From the IMG/VR virus record IMGVR_UViG_3300025543_000191, positions 1 to 25,283 of that record: a DNA stretch of 25,283 nucleotides; one strand, 5' to 3'. This document shows, piece by piece, positions 6,557 to 15,865 of this stretch (the first letter of the stretch is position 1; the number at the start of each line of letters is the position of its first letter). The DNA is from a virus (taxonomy: Duplodnaviria > Caudoviricetes). Made by a program: the position numbers and the translations under genes. Below the pieces are notes generated by a model. It saw only the letters and a program-made list of their open reading frames with translations. It did no database searches and was not told the DNA's origin.

Positions 6557-8418
6557 TATTTAATGTCTCCCCAATTATCTCCTTTTTCATAATCTACTTT
6601 ATTGGGTACTTTTAAAGTCACAGCAGATTCCATAATTTCTATAATCTGTTCTGACTGTTTATCAGATGATACAGAAATGTCCACCTCATCGTGTATTTGA
6701 ATATGAGGAATAATTCCATTTTCATATAAAGCTACCATAGATTTTTTAGTCATGTCGGCAGCAGATCCTTGGATTAATTTGTTTAAAGCTTTGTAAGTAA
6801 AGGCCCTTTTTAAAGGCTCATCATATTCTTTTCTTGCTTGCTCTAATGGTAAAGGTTTAAACACACCAAATTGAGTAGGTTGCCATAAATCAAAATGACA
6901 GGCTCTTCCGCCTAACGTTCTAATCTTACCGTAGTTCTCTGCTTTCCTGGTTACATTATCCATAAGCTTTTTAACAAAAGGTGCTTTCATATGATATTGT
7001 TTAATTAATTTTTCTGCAGATTCTTTCATCAATCCTAATTCAGACATTAATTTATTTTTACCCATTCCATACATTAGACCTAAATTAATTGTTTTAGCTT
7101 GTTTACGTTCAATACCTGCCATATCAGCAACTACCTGGTGAAAGTCTGCGTCCCCTGAATTATATGCATCTACAATTTCATCCACTCCCTCTAAATTTTG
7201 TAACTTGGCATAGTGTACTAAAATTCTTGGTTCTTGTTGTGAGTAGTCAAAGGAACCCCATTTACATTTTTCCTCTGGAATAAATATAGATCGTATCATT
7301 GGACCCAATTCTGGATGCCTTGCAGGAATTTGTTGTAGGTTTGGATTACTCATAGAAAATCTACCTGTAACAGTTCCTCCTTGATCAGATCTAATTTGAT
7401 TTATGTCTGCATGTATTCTTCCCTTGACTGCATGTTTGGTAATAGAATCTATAAAAGTTGTATGCGCTTTATTAATCTCTCTGGCATCTGCAATTAATTT
7501 TGGTAATTCATGTGGATGATTTTGTAAAAAGTTTTTTGTAAAACTTGGTTCACTTGTTTTTTCTGTTCTGTCGTATGGTAATTGTAATTTATCAAATGCT
7601 TTTGCAATAGATCTTGCCGCATGTATTTCTACTTCAATACCAGTTAACTCTTTGATTTTATTGACTATTTTAGCTTCACGTTGCATTAAATTATTTTTAA
7701 TATTTTCAGCTTTTTCTAAATCAACTCTTACACCTTTGAATCTCATGTCTACTAAACATGGAAATAATTTTGTTTCTAAATTAAATATATCCATTAATTC
7801 TTGGTTGTGAAGTTCTGTATCTAATCGTTGCCAAAGTTTTAACGTAGCTTCCGCATCACGTTCCGCGTACTGTCCAACAAAAAGAGCAGGCAATCTCCAC
7901 ATATCTTTTTTTGCGTCCAGGCCATAATCTTTTGCTGCTTCTTGTAATATTTTTTCATCCTTACCTAAACCAACATAAAATTTTGCTAATGTGTCTAAAC
8001 GATAGGACATTCTATTTTCATCAATCAAAGATGCTGCAATCATGGTATCTACAATTTTACCTTTGATTGTTAGGCCCATAGACCGTAGCCAACACACATC
8101 ATACATTGCATTATGAAAAATAAAGGTAGTATCTTCTTGATTAAACATATCTTGGAGCCATGATAAAACTAATTTCTTATCTAAATTTCCTCCAAGTTCA
8201 TGTTGAATAGGATAGTAACCAGACCAACCTTCTACAGCAATAGCGATACCTGCAACATGACCACGTCCAACCACGTTCCCCGATCCGAGAGTTATTAACT
8301 CCGGGTCATTGGTTTCTAAATCAATTGCTATTTCTTTATGACCGCGCAAATCGCGTAGTTCATCAGGCATTACCCATTCCGTATCCGGACTGAATAAGGG
8401 TATTTGGGTACTTCTCAT
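6556..8418 (-). CDS. polA: family A DNA polymerase (3'-5' exonuclease plus polymerase)
   Basis: Exo motifs IDLET, FHNAMYD, YAERDA; TGRFS..PNLQQIP; motif A DYSQQE; motif B KQAKTINLGLMYG; motif C QIHDE. Confidence 0.95.
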   Translation of the reverse strand: MRSTQIPLFSPDTEWVMPDELRDLRGHKEIAIDLETNDPELITLGSGNVVGRGHVAGIAIAVEGWSGYYPIQHELGGNLDKKLVLSWLQDMFNQEDTTFIFHNAMYDVCWLRSMGLTIKGKIVDTMIAASLIDENRMSYRLDTLAKFYVGLGKDEKILQEAAKDYGLDAKKDMWRLPALFVGQYAERDAEATLKLWQRLDTELHNQELMDIFNLETKLFPCLVDMRFKGVRVDLEKAENIKNNLMQREAKIVNKIKELTGIEVEIHAARSIAKAFDKLQLPYDRTEKTSEPSFTKNFLQNHPHELPKLIADAREINKAHTTFIDSITKHAVKGRIHADINQIRSDQGGTVTGRFSMSNPNLQQIPARHPELGPMIRSIFIPEEKCKWGSFDYSQQEPRILVHYAKLQNLEGVDEIVDAYNSGDADFHQVVADMAGIERKQAKTINLGLMYGMGKNKLMSELGLMKESAEKLIKQYHMKAPFVKKLMDNVTRKAENYGKIRTLGGRACHFDLWQPTQFGVFKPLPLEQARKEYDEPLKRAFTYKALNKLIQGSAADMTKKSMVALYENGIIPHIQIHDEVDISVSSDKQSEQIIEIMESAVTLKVPNKVDYEKGDNWGDIK

Positions 8419-8660
8419 TTCTCTTCCTTTTTCATTTCTTCAATTTCTAATTCACAGTAATGAATAATTTTTTTCAAATCTTCAATACCGTTTTTATCTT
8501 TATAACGAACCACATACTTAATAACATTGCCTTGAAAAAAAGACAAGTTATTGCTTCTTGTAAATGCATAGGGTTGAATACTATATTTATTATAATGAGT
8601 TCCTCCCTCTTGACGTTCAGATGCATTTATTATTTTATCAAACATTGATTTATTGGTCAT
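8415..8660 (-). CDS. DUF3310 family protein (SaV-like / T7 gp1.7-like)
   Basis: QEGGTHY..IQP..F.QGNVIKYVVRYKDKNGIEDLKK..HY. Confidence 0.85.
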   Translation of the reverse strand: MTNKSMFDKIINASERQEGGTHYNKYSIQPYAFTRSNNLSFFQGNVIKYVVRYKDKNGIEDLKKIIHYCELEIEEMKKEEK

Positions 8661-10165
8661 ATTAAATAAGCACGGTCAAAGTTTTTTGGGTCCACAATAT
8701 GTAATTCACGCTTCGCTCTTGTTGCACCCGTATAAAACAAACGATGTAATTCGTCTGGATCGTGTGCAAATGTTTCAAGTGCTGCGTTAGTTAAATCTTG
8801 TAACAATAAAACTTTATCCGCTTCTCCTCCTTTAGCTCCATGTATAGTTGACATTATGATACGAGGATTTTTATTTATCATCTCTCCATTCGCCCTCATA
8901 TTACGAATGTAGTTTTCTGTGAGAGTATCTAAACCCTCAAATGATTCATACCAAACCTTATCTGTTAACAAACCATACTGCTCTATACATTCTTTTAATG
9001 TATATTTAGTTTCAGCATGTAATGTTTTTCCTTTTCTAAAACCTTCTAATACGTTTGCACCCAGGTATTCATAGATATTTTTTATTTCTAAATTGTTTAA
9101 ATAACAACCTTTTCTCCATGCTTCCCAATTATTTAATGCTAATAATAATTTTAAACTAATAGAGTTTTGTCCTTTGTATTGATAATACCAACCTCTTAAC
9201 TCACATAATTCTTTTACATCATCTAAAAAATAATTTGCTGAAGATAACACTAACCAATTTCCCTGACTCATATCTACTTGAGTAATATCAGAATATCTTT
9301 TTAAAATTCCTACTTCATGTCTCGGCTTATATTGTTTATCAAATCTATTTTGTACTTTGCTTATTATTTTTTGTGACAGTTCATGAATAGGTCCGCCTGG
9401 AATACGATAAGATTGTTCTAATGTTTTAATATCATCCACCTCTTCTTTTAATGCAATGAAGTGATCTACATCTGCACCGGCCCATTTAAAAATAGCCTGG
9501 TCATCATCCCCTGCGATATAAGTTTTTTTAGAATTGCTCCAAAGGGATCTAACCATTTCCCATTGTATTAAAGATAGATCTTGTGCTTCATCAATAAACA
9601 ATACTTCAAAGCTTGGACTAATTTCTTTTGCAATAAAATCTTCCAATAAGTCATTGAAATCTTTAAGTTCTTTTTCTTTTTTAAATCTCTTGAGTTCCTC
9701 TGAAAGTAAGAATAAAGTATTCCGCTCTATATCTAATAAGTTTTTTCTAGAATCATAATAATCTAATAGATCCATTCTCTTAACAGCCGCTGTATTGATA
9801 ATAGTAAGATATTCATTATCTGAATTAAAGGTTCCGTCCTCTCCTGAAAAGTTTGCAGTCTTAATAGGTATGCCACATTTTTGACCAAACTCTTTATAAT
9901 CTTCTGTCTTCATCATTTTTTCTCTACTCATACCCAACATTCTAAATGCATATGAATGCAATGTTCTAAAGTTAGCTAAATCTGTTTCTACATCTAATCC
10001 AAATTTTTCAGACGCACGATTAGCTGCTTCTCTTGCAGCCTTCTTCGTAAAAGAAAAATAACCTATTTGTTTAGGCCTAATTCCTTGTTGAATAAACTCG
10101 TCCACTAAATTTAATAGTGTCGTTGTTTTTCCCGTTCCCGGTGGTCCTAGTATTATTGTTTTCAT
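8657..10165 (-). CDS. superfamily I UvrD/Rep-like DNA helicase
   Basis: GPPGTGKTT, FRTLHS, IDEAQDL, AGDDDQAIF, QSYR, STIHGAKGGE, YTGATRAK. Confidence 0.92.
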   Translation of the reverse strand: MKTIILGPPGTGKTTTLLNLVDEFIQQGIRPKQIGYFSFTKKAAREAANRASEKFGLDVETDLANFRTLHSYAFRMLGMSREKMMKTEDYKEFGQKCGIPIKTANFSGEDGTFNSDNEYLTIINTAAVKRMDLLDYYDSRKNLLDIERNTLFLLSEELKRFKKEKELKDFNDLLEDFIAKEISPSFEVLFIDEAQDLSLIQWEMVRSLWSNSKKTYIAGDDDQAIFKWAGADVDHFIALKEEVDDIKTLEQSYRIPGGPIHELSQKIISKVQNRFDKQYKPRHEVGILKRYSDITQVDMSQGNWLVLSSANYFLDDVKELCELRGWYYQYKGQNSISLKLLLALNNWEAWRKGCYLNNLEIKNIYEYLGANVLEGFRKGKTLHAETKYTLKECIEQYGLLTDKVWYESFEGLDTLTENYIRNMRANGEMINKNPRIIMSTIHGAKGGEADKVLLLQDLTNAALETFAHDPDELHRLFYTGATRAKRELHIVDPKNFDRAYLI

Positions 10166-10292
10166 TTCTATATTTTCTTAATTTATTTTCTAAAAATTTA
10201 TTTCTTGCACTTAATTTATCTACTTGTTTAGACAAGCAATCAATTTTTTGAGTTAATTTTAAACGCCAATTAATTCCTATACTAGAAGTCAT
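10077..10292 (-). CDS. small coiled-coil hypothetical protein
   Basis: Fills the primase-helicase gap; heptad segment; the tail overlaps the helicase start by 89 nt. Confidence 0.5.
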   Translation of the reverse strand: MTSSIGINWRLKLTQKIDCLSKQVDKLSARNKFLENKLRKYRNENNNTRTTGNGKNNDTIKFSGRVYSTRN

Positions 10293-11805
10293 CTTGCTGA
10301 TATTTTATTTTAGAAACAGAAGCATCTATCTTCTTCATTGTTTTAATTTTAATAACTCTTGGTTGTTGATTTTTTATGTTAGGTCTAAACTCTTCCACAA
10401 AACAATCTAATTGAGTAAGATAATTTCCTGTTTTAATTTTATCATGTTCCCAATTATTCTTTTTACAAAAACTATAAAAGTCTTCTCTTCTGAAATAAGT
10501 AAATTCTCTATTCTCATCTGTGTAGGGAAGTTTATTTAAAATATCATCCATAGTTCTTGCCGATTGTCTATTTGTAGTCCAATCTTGTAATAAAGAAGTT
10601 ATCTCATTAATTGGATCTAAAGACTCTAATGGTTCAATCTCTTGTAAATTATTCATCATTGGTTTTAAAAAATGTTGTTTCCAATCTTTTGGTTTAGGAA
10701 TAGGAATAACTAAATTAGCCTGGTCTAAACATGCTAGTGCAAATAGTCCTGGCATATATAATTGCTCTGTCTTTAATTCAATTCTATTTTCCCCTACATC
10801 TAAAAACCATTGTGGTGGTTTAGATGCATACTTTGTCAGGTTACCTAGTATTGGCATTTCTTCTTCTCCAAAACCAACTCCATATTTTTTTAATCTACAT
10901 AGACTTGATTGACATACTGAATTAATAGGAGCATCTTTACATCTATATTTATCATAACCTTTTCTATTAACTGATTTAATCAATTGTTGAACTTCATTAT
11001 TACTTAATGAAGGAGTCATATATTCTATGTTTGCTTTTACAATTTCATCTTCCCAGGTATCTGGATTAGATTGCTTAAAATAAACTGCAATATTAAATAA
11101 TGCATTATTTCTAGATCCTTCTCCAAACCCTGTGGAAGCTAATTTATTTAAGCAAGGAGGTCCATCTTTGAACGCTTCTTCGATTTTCTTTTCTTCAATT
11201 TTAATTTCTTTGAGGTCTTCTGTTTCGCAAGCATAAACATCATAGAGCTTATAAAATTCCTCAAGTGTACAACCGGTACCATTATCGTTGATAGCATATC
11301 GTAACCCTTTCATTTCATTGTGGTAAGGTAAGTTTAAGAAATTACCAGTGTCACCACGTTCCACTAATATTTCTGTTTGTTTAGGAAAGATTTCACATCC
11401 TTCATATCCTAATATCTTTGCCATTTTCTTTAATGTTCCTTGCATTAAAGAAGCAGGTATAAATTTTTTGGTAAATAAAAATACATGTGCTCCCCCAGAT
11501 TTAGAGCGACACACAATTAAAGGAAGTTTTAATTCACGTATGTTAGATATAAGTAAAGCATGATTAAAATTATATTCGTCAATATCAATACAACCCCACT
11601 TACAAGTATTATTTTCGGTAATCGGTATAATACCAAGAGCAGGTCCTTTACCTTTGAGATGATTTTCCCAAAGATCATCTGTAACATTACCTCTAACAAT
11701 AAATGCCTTACCACCTTGTTTACCATTTTCACCACGCTCACCTTTTTGATATTGACCATAAGCTATTTTTAACCCCTCAAATATTTCTTTAAACTTATCT
11801 TTCAT
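10282..11805 (-). CDS. archaeo-eukaryotic-type primase (prim-pol) with PriCT-like domain
   Basis: CIDID (motif I), RSKSGGAH (motif II), GNFLNLPY; PPCL..GEGSRNNALF; Cys cluster YRC..C..C. Confidence 0.8.
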   Translation of the reverse strand: MKDKFKEIFEGLKIAYGQYQKGERGENGKQGGKAFIVRGNVTDDLWENHLKGKGPALGIIPITENNTCKWGCIDIDEYNFNHALLISNIRELKLPLIVCRSKSGGAHVFLFTKKFIPASLMQGTLKKMAKILGYEGCEIFPKQTEILVERGDTGNFLNLPYHNEMKGLRYAINDNGTGCTLEEFYKLYDVYACETEDLKEIKIEEKKIEEAFKDGPPCLNKLASTGFGEGSRNNALFNIAVYFKQSNPDTWEDEIVKANIEYMTPSLSNNEVQQLIKSVNRKGYDKYRCKDAPINSVCQSSLCRLKKYGVGFGEEEMPILGNLTKYASKPPQWFLDVGENRIELKTEQLYMPGLFALACLDQANLVIPIPKPKDWKQHFLKPMMNNLQEIEPLESLDPINEITSLLQDWTTNRQSARTMDDILNKLPYTDENREFTYFRREDFYSFCKKNNWEHDKIKTGNYLTQLDCFVEEFRPNIKNQQPRVIKIKTMKKIDASVSKIKYQQDDF

Positions 11806-11830
11806 TAAAACTTCTTTCTATTTTTGTTGT

Positions 11831-11850
11831 GGGGCCTATTGCTAGGCCCC
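11831..11850 (-). terminator. 8-bp GC stem with GCAA tetraloop (stabiliser or weak terminator after the SSB-like gene)
   Basis: Minus strand GGGGCCTA-GCAA-TAGGCCCC, with no U-tract in the sense direction. Confidence 0.6.
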
Positions 11851-11868
11851 TTATACTAAACACAATAC

Positions 11869-12642
11869 TTAAAAAGGAGCATTGTCTTTAGCGATCTCTT
11901 CCACATCTGCTTTTGTTTGCACGTTACCCTTGGAAACATTACCGTTAAAATCTTTACACATTAAGTATAAAGACTTATCGTCTGCTCCCATGATTCTATC
12001 CATGTTTACAACCCAACCATACCAAGAACCTTTGTCGTTCTTTTGTAATGTTGATGCTAGATTATAAACTACCCCATGCATTGGTGGTATTGCAAAACCA
12101 CCCTTACCGTCAGGAATTTGTATGGTCTTCATCATTGAATTCCATTTCTTACTAACGTTAAGTTGTGTTGATTTCATTGTAATCAACGCAGGTGTAAATC
12201 CACCTGTTTTTGTTTCAGCCATAACATAGTAAGAAGCTGTTTCTTCTAAATAGTTACCGTTAGGTAATCTAATTTTAGATCCATCTCTCTTACCTGTTTG
12301 GATTACCGGACTGTTAGGTAGGTGAATAGCAACTGGTGCTCCAGGCCCATCCCCTCTATCTGACCATTCAGGAAAATCCTTTTTATAGTAACAAGGAATT
12401 ATCTTGATACCTTTTTTACCATCAAATAATTCGCTGGTAACAGTATTGTAAATCATGCCAGGCTTCGCATTACTTACATACTTTGCATCACCTTCAGTTA
12501 CCTGCGGTGATAGTTGTCCCAAGATTCGAAGAAAAGGTAACGCAAGATCTTCCTGCGTCATATTCTCAAAACCTTTTGCTGCATCATTACCAAACAAGGC
12601 AAGTGATCCAGTGTCTTTTTTAGCCACTACTTCATTACTCAT
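11869..12642 (-). CDS. putative single-stranded DNA-binding / annealing protein
   Basis: GFEN...DL.LP.L.ILGQLSPQ, MKSTQL..SKKWN, N.KGSWYGW, acidic tail ending in PF; position in the replication module. Confidence 0.6.
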   Translation of the reverse strand: MSNEVVAKKDTGSLALFGNDAAKGFENMTQEDLALPFLRILGQLSPQVTEGDAKYVSNAKPGMIYNTVTSELFDGKKGIKIIPCYYKKDFPEWSDRGDGPGAPVAIHLPNSPVIQTGKRDGSKIRLPNGNYLEETASYYVMAETKTGGFTPALITMKSTQLNVSKKWNSMMKTIQIPDGKGGFAIPPMHGVVYNLASTLQKNDKGSWYGWVVNMDRIMGADDKSLYLMCKDFNGNVSKGNVQTKADVEEIAKDNAPF

Positions 12643-12655
12643 TATCGTTTCTCCA

Positions 12656-13219
12656 TTATTTTCGGGTTATTTTAGTCTTATCTTTAATCCACGTATTAAA
12701 GATATCAGAAGGCATGTCGAGCCCGGACTCGACACGCTCCTGGAATAGGGCTGTCAATGTATTCCAAGCCGCATCAGATTTCTGCTGTGGTTGAAAACCA
12801 TTAGACGCCGCAAGGTCCAACAAACGTTGTGCCTTGTCATCTTCCCCACGACCAAAAGTTACAATCACATTATTTTTAATAATGTCACCTAACCCCTGAT
12901 CACGAAGCCATTGATAGGCTGCTTCTCTCTTCACATCATCTTTAGGAAGAGTGCACCTAAATTCTTTTTTAACTGAAACAGATGAACCGTCTGATAGTTT
13001 GATTGAACTTAAACCTTGTTCAGCAAGTAGTTCCGGTATAACCCTGGAACCAATATCATCCGCCATTGTTTTTAAATTTTTTAATAGTTCTTCTGTTTTC
13101 TGAATCTCATCTTCAATGTTTTTTAATTTCTGACATTCAGCTGCGATTGTAGTTATTTCAACATTGTCTAGAAGATCTTTAGAGTCTTCCAACATCATGT
13201 TACTTACTTCGTTACTCAT
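12656..13219 (-). CDS. hypothetical protein of the phage replication module (N-terminal coiled coil)
   Basis: IPELL...GLSSIKLSDG, A.QWLRDQG.GDIIKN, TL.A...E. Confidence 0.75.
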   Translation of the reverse strand: MSNEVSNMMLEDSKDLLDNVEITTIAAECQKLKNIEDEIQKTEELLKNLKTMADDIGSRVIPELLAEQGLSSIKLSDGSSVSVKKEFRCTLPKDDVKREAAYQWLRDQGLGDIIKNNVIVTFGRGEDDKAQRLLDLAASNGFQPQQKSDAAWNTLTALFQERVESGLDMPSDIFNTWIKDKTKITRK

Positions 13220-13223
13220 AGTA

Positions 13224-13631
13224 TTATCCTTTCTGATAGAGATCGAAATTTATAGGATAGTATTTAGCCTCTCGTCGATCCCATTTCAAGAGGTTAAATT
13301 GACCATTAGTTTGGTCGCTTACAATTGCACAAGAAATACCAATAACTGCAGGATCTCCTGTTAACAATAAATAATCTTGAGGTCTAAAGTCCCTTAAATT
13401 TTTTTTCATTTTAAAAACAAAAGGACTAGATGAAAAAATAATTTGTGAGTCTGGTCCATAGTTAGGTAAACAAATAACCAGGTAACCAAAATCAGATGCA
13501 CCTAAAATATTTATATTTGCAGGTGGATGCTGTAATACATAAACAAAATTTTCTTCAGGATTCTCTTTATAGAATTCTAAAAATTCTGCTAATGACTTCG
13601 GTTTATATAACTCAAAAATTTTATTCTTCAT
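13224..13631 (-). CDS. hypothetical alpha/beta protein (DYLLLTGDP, LKWDR..YYP)
   Basis: ORF track; first gene of the leftward replication operon. Confidence 0.75.
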   Translation of the reverse strand: MKNKIFELYKPKSLAEFLEFYKENPEENFVYVLQHPPANINILGASDFGYLVICLPNYGPDSQIIFSSSPFVFKMKKNLRDFRPQDYLLLTGDPAVIGISCAIVSDQTNGQFNLLKWDRREAKYYPINFDLYQKG

Positions 13632-13638
13632 TCTATTA

Positions 13639-13688
13639 TTCTACTGTTGACATCTATATAATCATTCCTATATATCTGTCAAGTAGAA
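13639..13688. promoter_or_regulatory. overlapping face-to-face promoters forming a dyad
   Basis: TTGACA (13647-13652) and TGTCAA (13677-13682), each 16 nt from a TATATA on its own strand; flanked by TTCTAC/GTAGAA. Confidence 0.7.
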
Positions 13689-13702
13689 AGAAGAAAATAA
13701 TT

Positions 13703-15136
13703 ATGAACTATAAATTTAAGACAAAGCCATACGCACATCAAATTACTGCGTTGGAAAAATCGTGGGATAAAAAGGAATACGGTTACTTTATGGAAATGGG
13801 TACCGGTAAATCTAAAGTATTAGTAGATAATATTGCTATGCTTTATGATAATGGTAAAATAAATGCGGCGCTTATTATAGCACCAAAAGGTGTTTATAGA
13901 AACTGGTATTCTTCTGAAATACCAATACATTTAGCTAGTCACATACAACACAAAATGGTACTTTGGACTGCTTCAACATCTAAAGCAAAGGATAAAGAGT
14001 ATCAACAATTGTTCAAATCTGACTATGACCTTCACATCCTTGTAATGAATGTTGAGGCCTTTAGTACTAAAAAAGGTTTAGAGTTTGCAGGTAAGTTTTT
14101 ACGAACCCATAAAACTATTATGGCAATAGATGAGTCTACTTCTATTAAAACTCCAACCGCAAAAAGAACCAAAGCTATTCTTGCATTAGGAAAATATGCA
14201 ACTTACAGAAGAATCTTAACTGGTTCTCCTGTGACCAAAAGTCCATTAGATTTATATACACAATGTGCATTTTTAAATGAAGATTTATTAGGACATGCTT
14301 CTTTTTATTCTTTTAGAAATAGATATGCGGTTATGTTAGATAGAAATTTTGGTGGTCGTAGAGTACAAATAATTAGTCATTATCAGAGATTAGATGAGTT
14401 AGCTGAAATATTAAAAGCTTTTTCTTACCGTGTATTAAAAGAAGACTGTCTGGATCTACCCGATAAAATTTATATCAAGCGTGAAGTAGAACTAACTGAA
14501 GAGCAAGAAAAAGCATACGCTACTATGAAATCCGCGGCCCTCGCTATGATAAAAGGTAAGCTCGCTACAGCTCCTCATGTTCTTACACAAATGATGCGTT
14601 TACATCAAATCACTTGTGGTCATTTAAAAACAGATGAGGGTGGTATTACTGAATTAAAATCAAATCGTTTAAATGAATTAATGGATGTATTAGATGAAAT
14701 AGAAGGTAAAGCAATTATCTGGGCTAATTATATTTATGATATAGAACATATTGTTTCTGCTATTAAGAAAAAATATGGAGATGATTCTGTGGTCCAATAC
14801 TACGGTGCTGTTGCTTCTGATCAACGACAAAAAAATATAGAAAAATTTCAAGATGTGAATTCTTCTTATAGATTTTTTGTTGGTAATCCACAAACAGGTG
14901 GTTATGGAATTACATTAACTTGTGCAAGTAATGTAATTTATTATTCTAACGGATACGATCTAGAAAAAAGATTACAGTCAGAAGATAGAGCACATAGAAT
15001 AGGTCAGAAGAAGTCAGTAACGTATGTAGATTTAATTGCTGCCAAAACGGTAGATGAAAAAATTGTGAAAGCATTACGTAAAAAAATAGATATAGCTTCT
15101 ACCATAATGGGAGAAGAATTAAAAGAATGGATTTAA
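13703..15136 (+). CDS. SNF2-family (SF2) helicase/ATPase
   Basis: PYAHQ, MEMGTGKS, IDEST, LTGSP, GGYGITLT, QSEDRAHRIGQ; start taken as ATG 13703 (MNYKFK). Confidence 0.92.
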   Translation: MNYKFKTKPYAHQITALEKSWDKKEYGYFMEMGTGKSKVLVDNIAMLYDNGKINAALIIAPKGVYRNWYSSEIPIHLASHIQHKMVLWTASTSKAKDKEYQQLFKSDYDLHILVMNVEAFSTKKGLEFAGKFLRTHKTIMAIDESTSIKTPTAKRTKAILALGKYATYRRILTGSPVTKSPLDLYTQCAFLNEDLLGHASFYSFRNRYAVMLDRNFGGRRVQIISHYQRLDELAEILKAFSYRVLKEDCLDLPDKIYIKREVELTEEQEKAYATMKSAALAMIKGKLATAPHVLTQMMRLHQITCGHLKTDEGGITELKSNRLNELMDVLDEIEGKAIIWANYIYDIEHIVSAIKKKYGDDSVVQYYGAVASDQRQKNIEKFQDVNSSYRFFVGNPQTGGYGITLTCASNVIYYSNGYDLEKRLQSEDRAHRIGQKKSVTYVDLIAAKTVDEKIVKALRKKIDIASTIMGEELKEWI

Positions 15137-15156
15137 GGAATTTCGTTGTAGGGTGT

Positions 15157-15184
15157 AAAGGAGCGGGAAATAAATTCCCACTCC
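15157..15184 (-). terminator. intrinsic terminator between convergent hsp20 and SNF2 genes
   Basis: Minus strand GGAGTGGGAA-TTTAT-TTCCCGCTCC-TTT. Confidence 0.7.
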
Positions 15185-15203
15185 TCTTCAGTATAGGGAA
15201 ACA

Positions 15204-15611
15204 TTATTTAATGTTAACCTTTTGAGATTTCTTTTCAGAATCTTTAAGACCAAACTTAATTTTTAACATACCATCTTCCATAGTAGCTTCGTCTACTATA
15301 GCATCATTAGGTAATGAAAATTGTTTGAAAAAAGATTTAGTTGATAATCCTTTTTGTACATAATCAACTGCTGCGTCATCTACTTTTCCCTCTATAGATA
15401 AAACTCCTTCATTAACTTCTACAAGAACATTTTCTTTCTTGAAGCCAGCTAATCCTAGTTCTAAACCATATTTACCTTTAGAATATTTCACAACATTCCA
15501 AAAAGGAAAACCAGTTACTTTTGACCAGGAATCAAATACGTTATCAAAAACGTCTAATCCTTTATCAAAAAATTGTTTATGTACTGAATTTATTAAATCA
15601 AAACTTGTCAT
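15204..15611 (-). CDS. small heat shock protein (Hsp20 / IbpA-like)
   Basis: FPFWNVVK..LELGLAGFKKENV.V..GVLSIEG..YVQKGLS.KSF.KQF.L..A.MEDGMLKI alpha-crystallin signature. Confidence 0.92.
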   Translation of the reverse strand: MTSFDLINSVHKQFFDKGLDVFDNVFDSWSKVTGFPFWNVVKYSKGKYGLELGLAGFKKENVLVEVNEGVLSIEGKVDDAAVDYVQKGLSTKSFFKQFSLPNDAIVDEATMEDGMLKIKFGLKDSEKKSQKVNIK

Positions 15612-15670
15612 ATACTACTCCTTTGTTAAATTAAGCAAGTTAGTTGGCCAACCCAATTGTTGCACCAATA
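15612..15670 (-). promoter_or_regulatory. ROSE-like RNA thermometer in the hsp20 5' UTR
   Basis: ACUUGCUU-loop-AAGGAGU: UUGCU with bulged G pairing the SD, preceded by hairpin UUGGUGCAAC/GUUGGCCAA. Confidence 0.75.
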
Positions 15671-15676
15671 TGCAAT

Positions 15677-15704
15677 ATATGGGGGGTACCTAGGTATTGT
15701 CAAG
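15677..15704 (-). promoter_or_regulatory. sigma32 (RpoH)-type heat-shock promoter
   Basis: CTTGAC (15704-15699), 14 nt, CCCCATAT (15684-15677). Confidence 0.8.
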
Positions 15705-15745
15705 GGGTGATTTCGTGCGTTTATGAGCTTCTATGGAAGACTTTT

Positions 15746-15865
15746 TTATAGAGAAAACTTAAAAGAATTCAAATTATCTATGTCTTCACATATTTTTTTC
15801 TGACACTTACAATCTTTTAATAATAGGCAAAATCCTTTGTAAACTCTATAAATACAATTTTTCAT
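15746..15865 (-). CDS. small Cys-rich protein (39 aa)
   Basis: MKNCIYRVYKGFCLLLKDCKCQKKICEDIDNLNSFKFSL; ATGA-coupled to the upstream gene. Confidence 0.45.
   Translation of the reverse strand: MKNCIYRVYKGFCLLLKDCKCQKKICEDIDNLNSFKFSL

Noticed and set aside
5099-8418. DnaJ-zinc-finger-fused polymerase of the HMO-2011 type
   Set aside because: PolA has no CxxCxGxG insert; the Zn finger is a separate gene about 1.3 kb away
13496-13702. 69-codon N-terminal extension of the SNF2 ORF in the track
   Set aside because: Overlaps the opposite-strand gene and the divergent promoter; helicase-like sequence starts at ATG 13703
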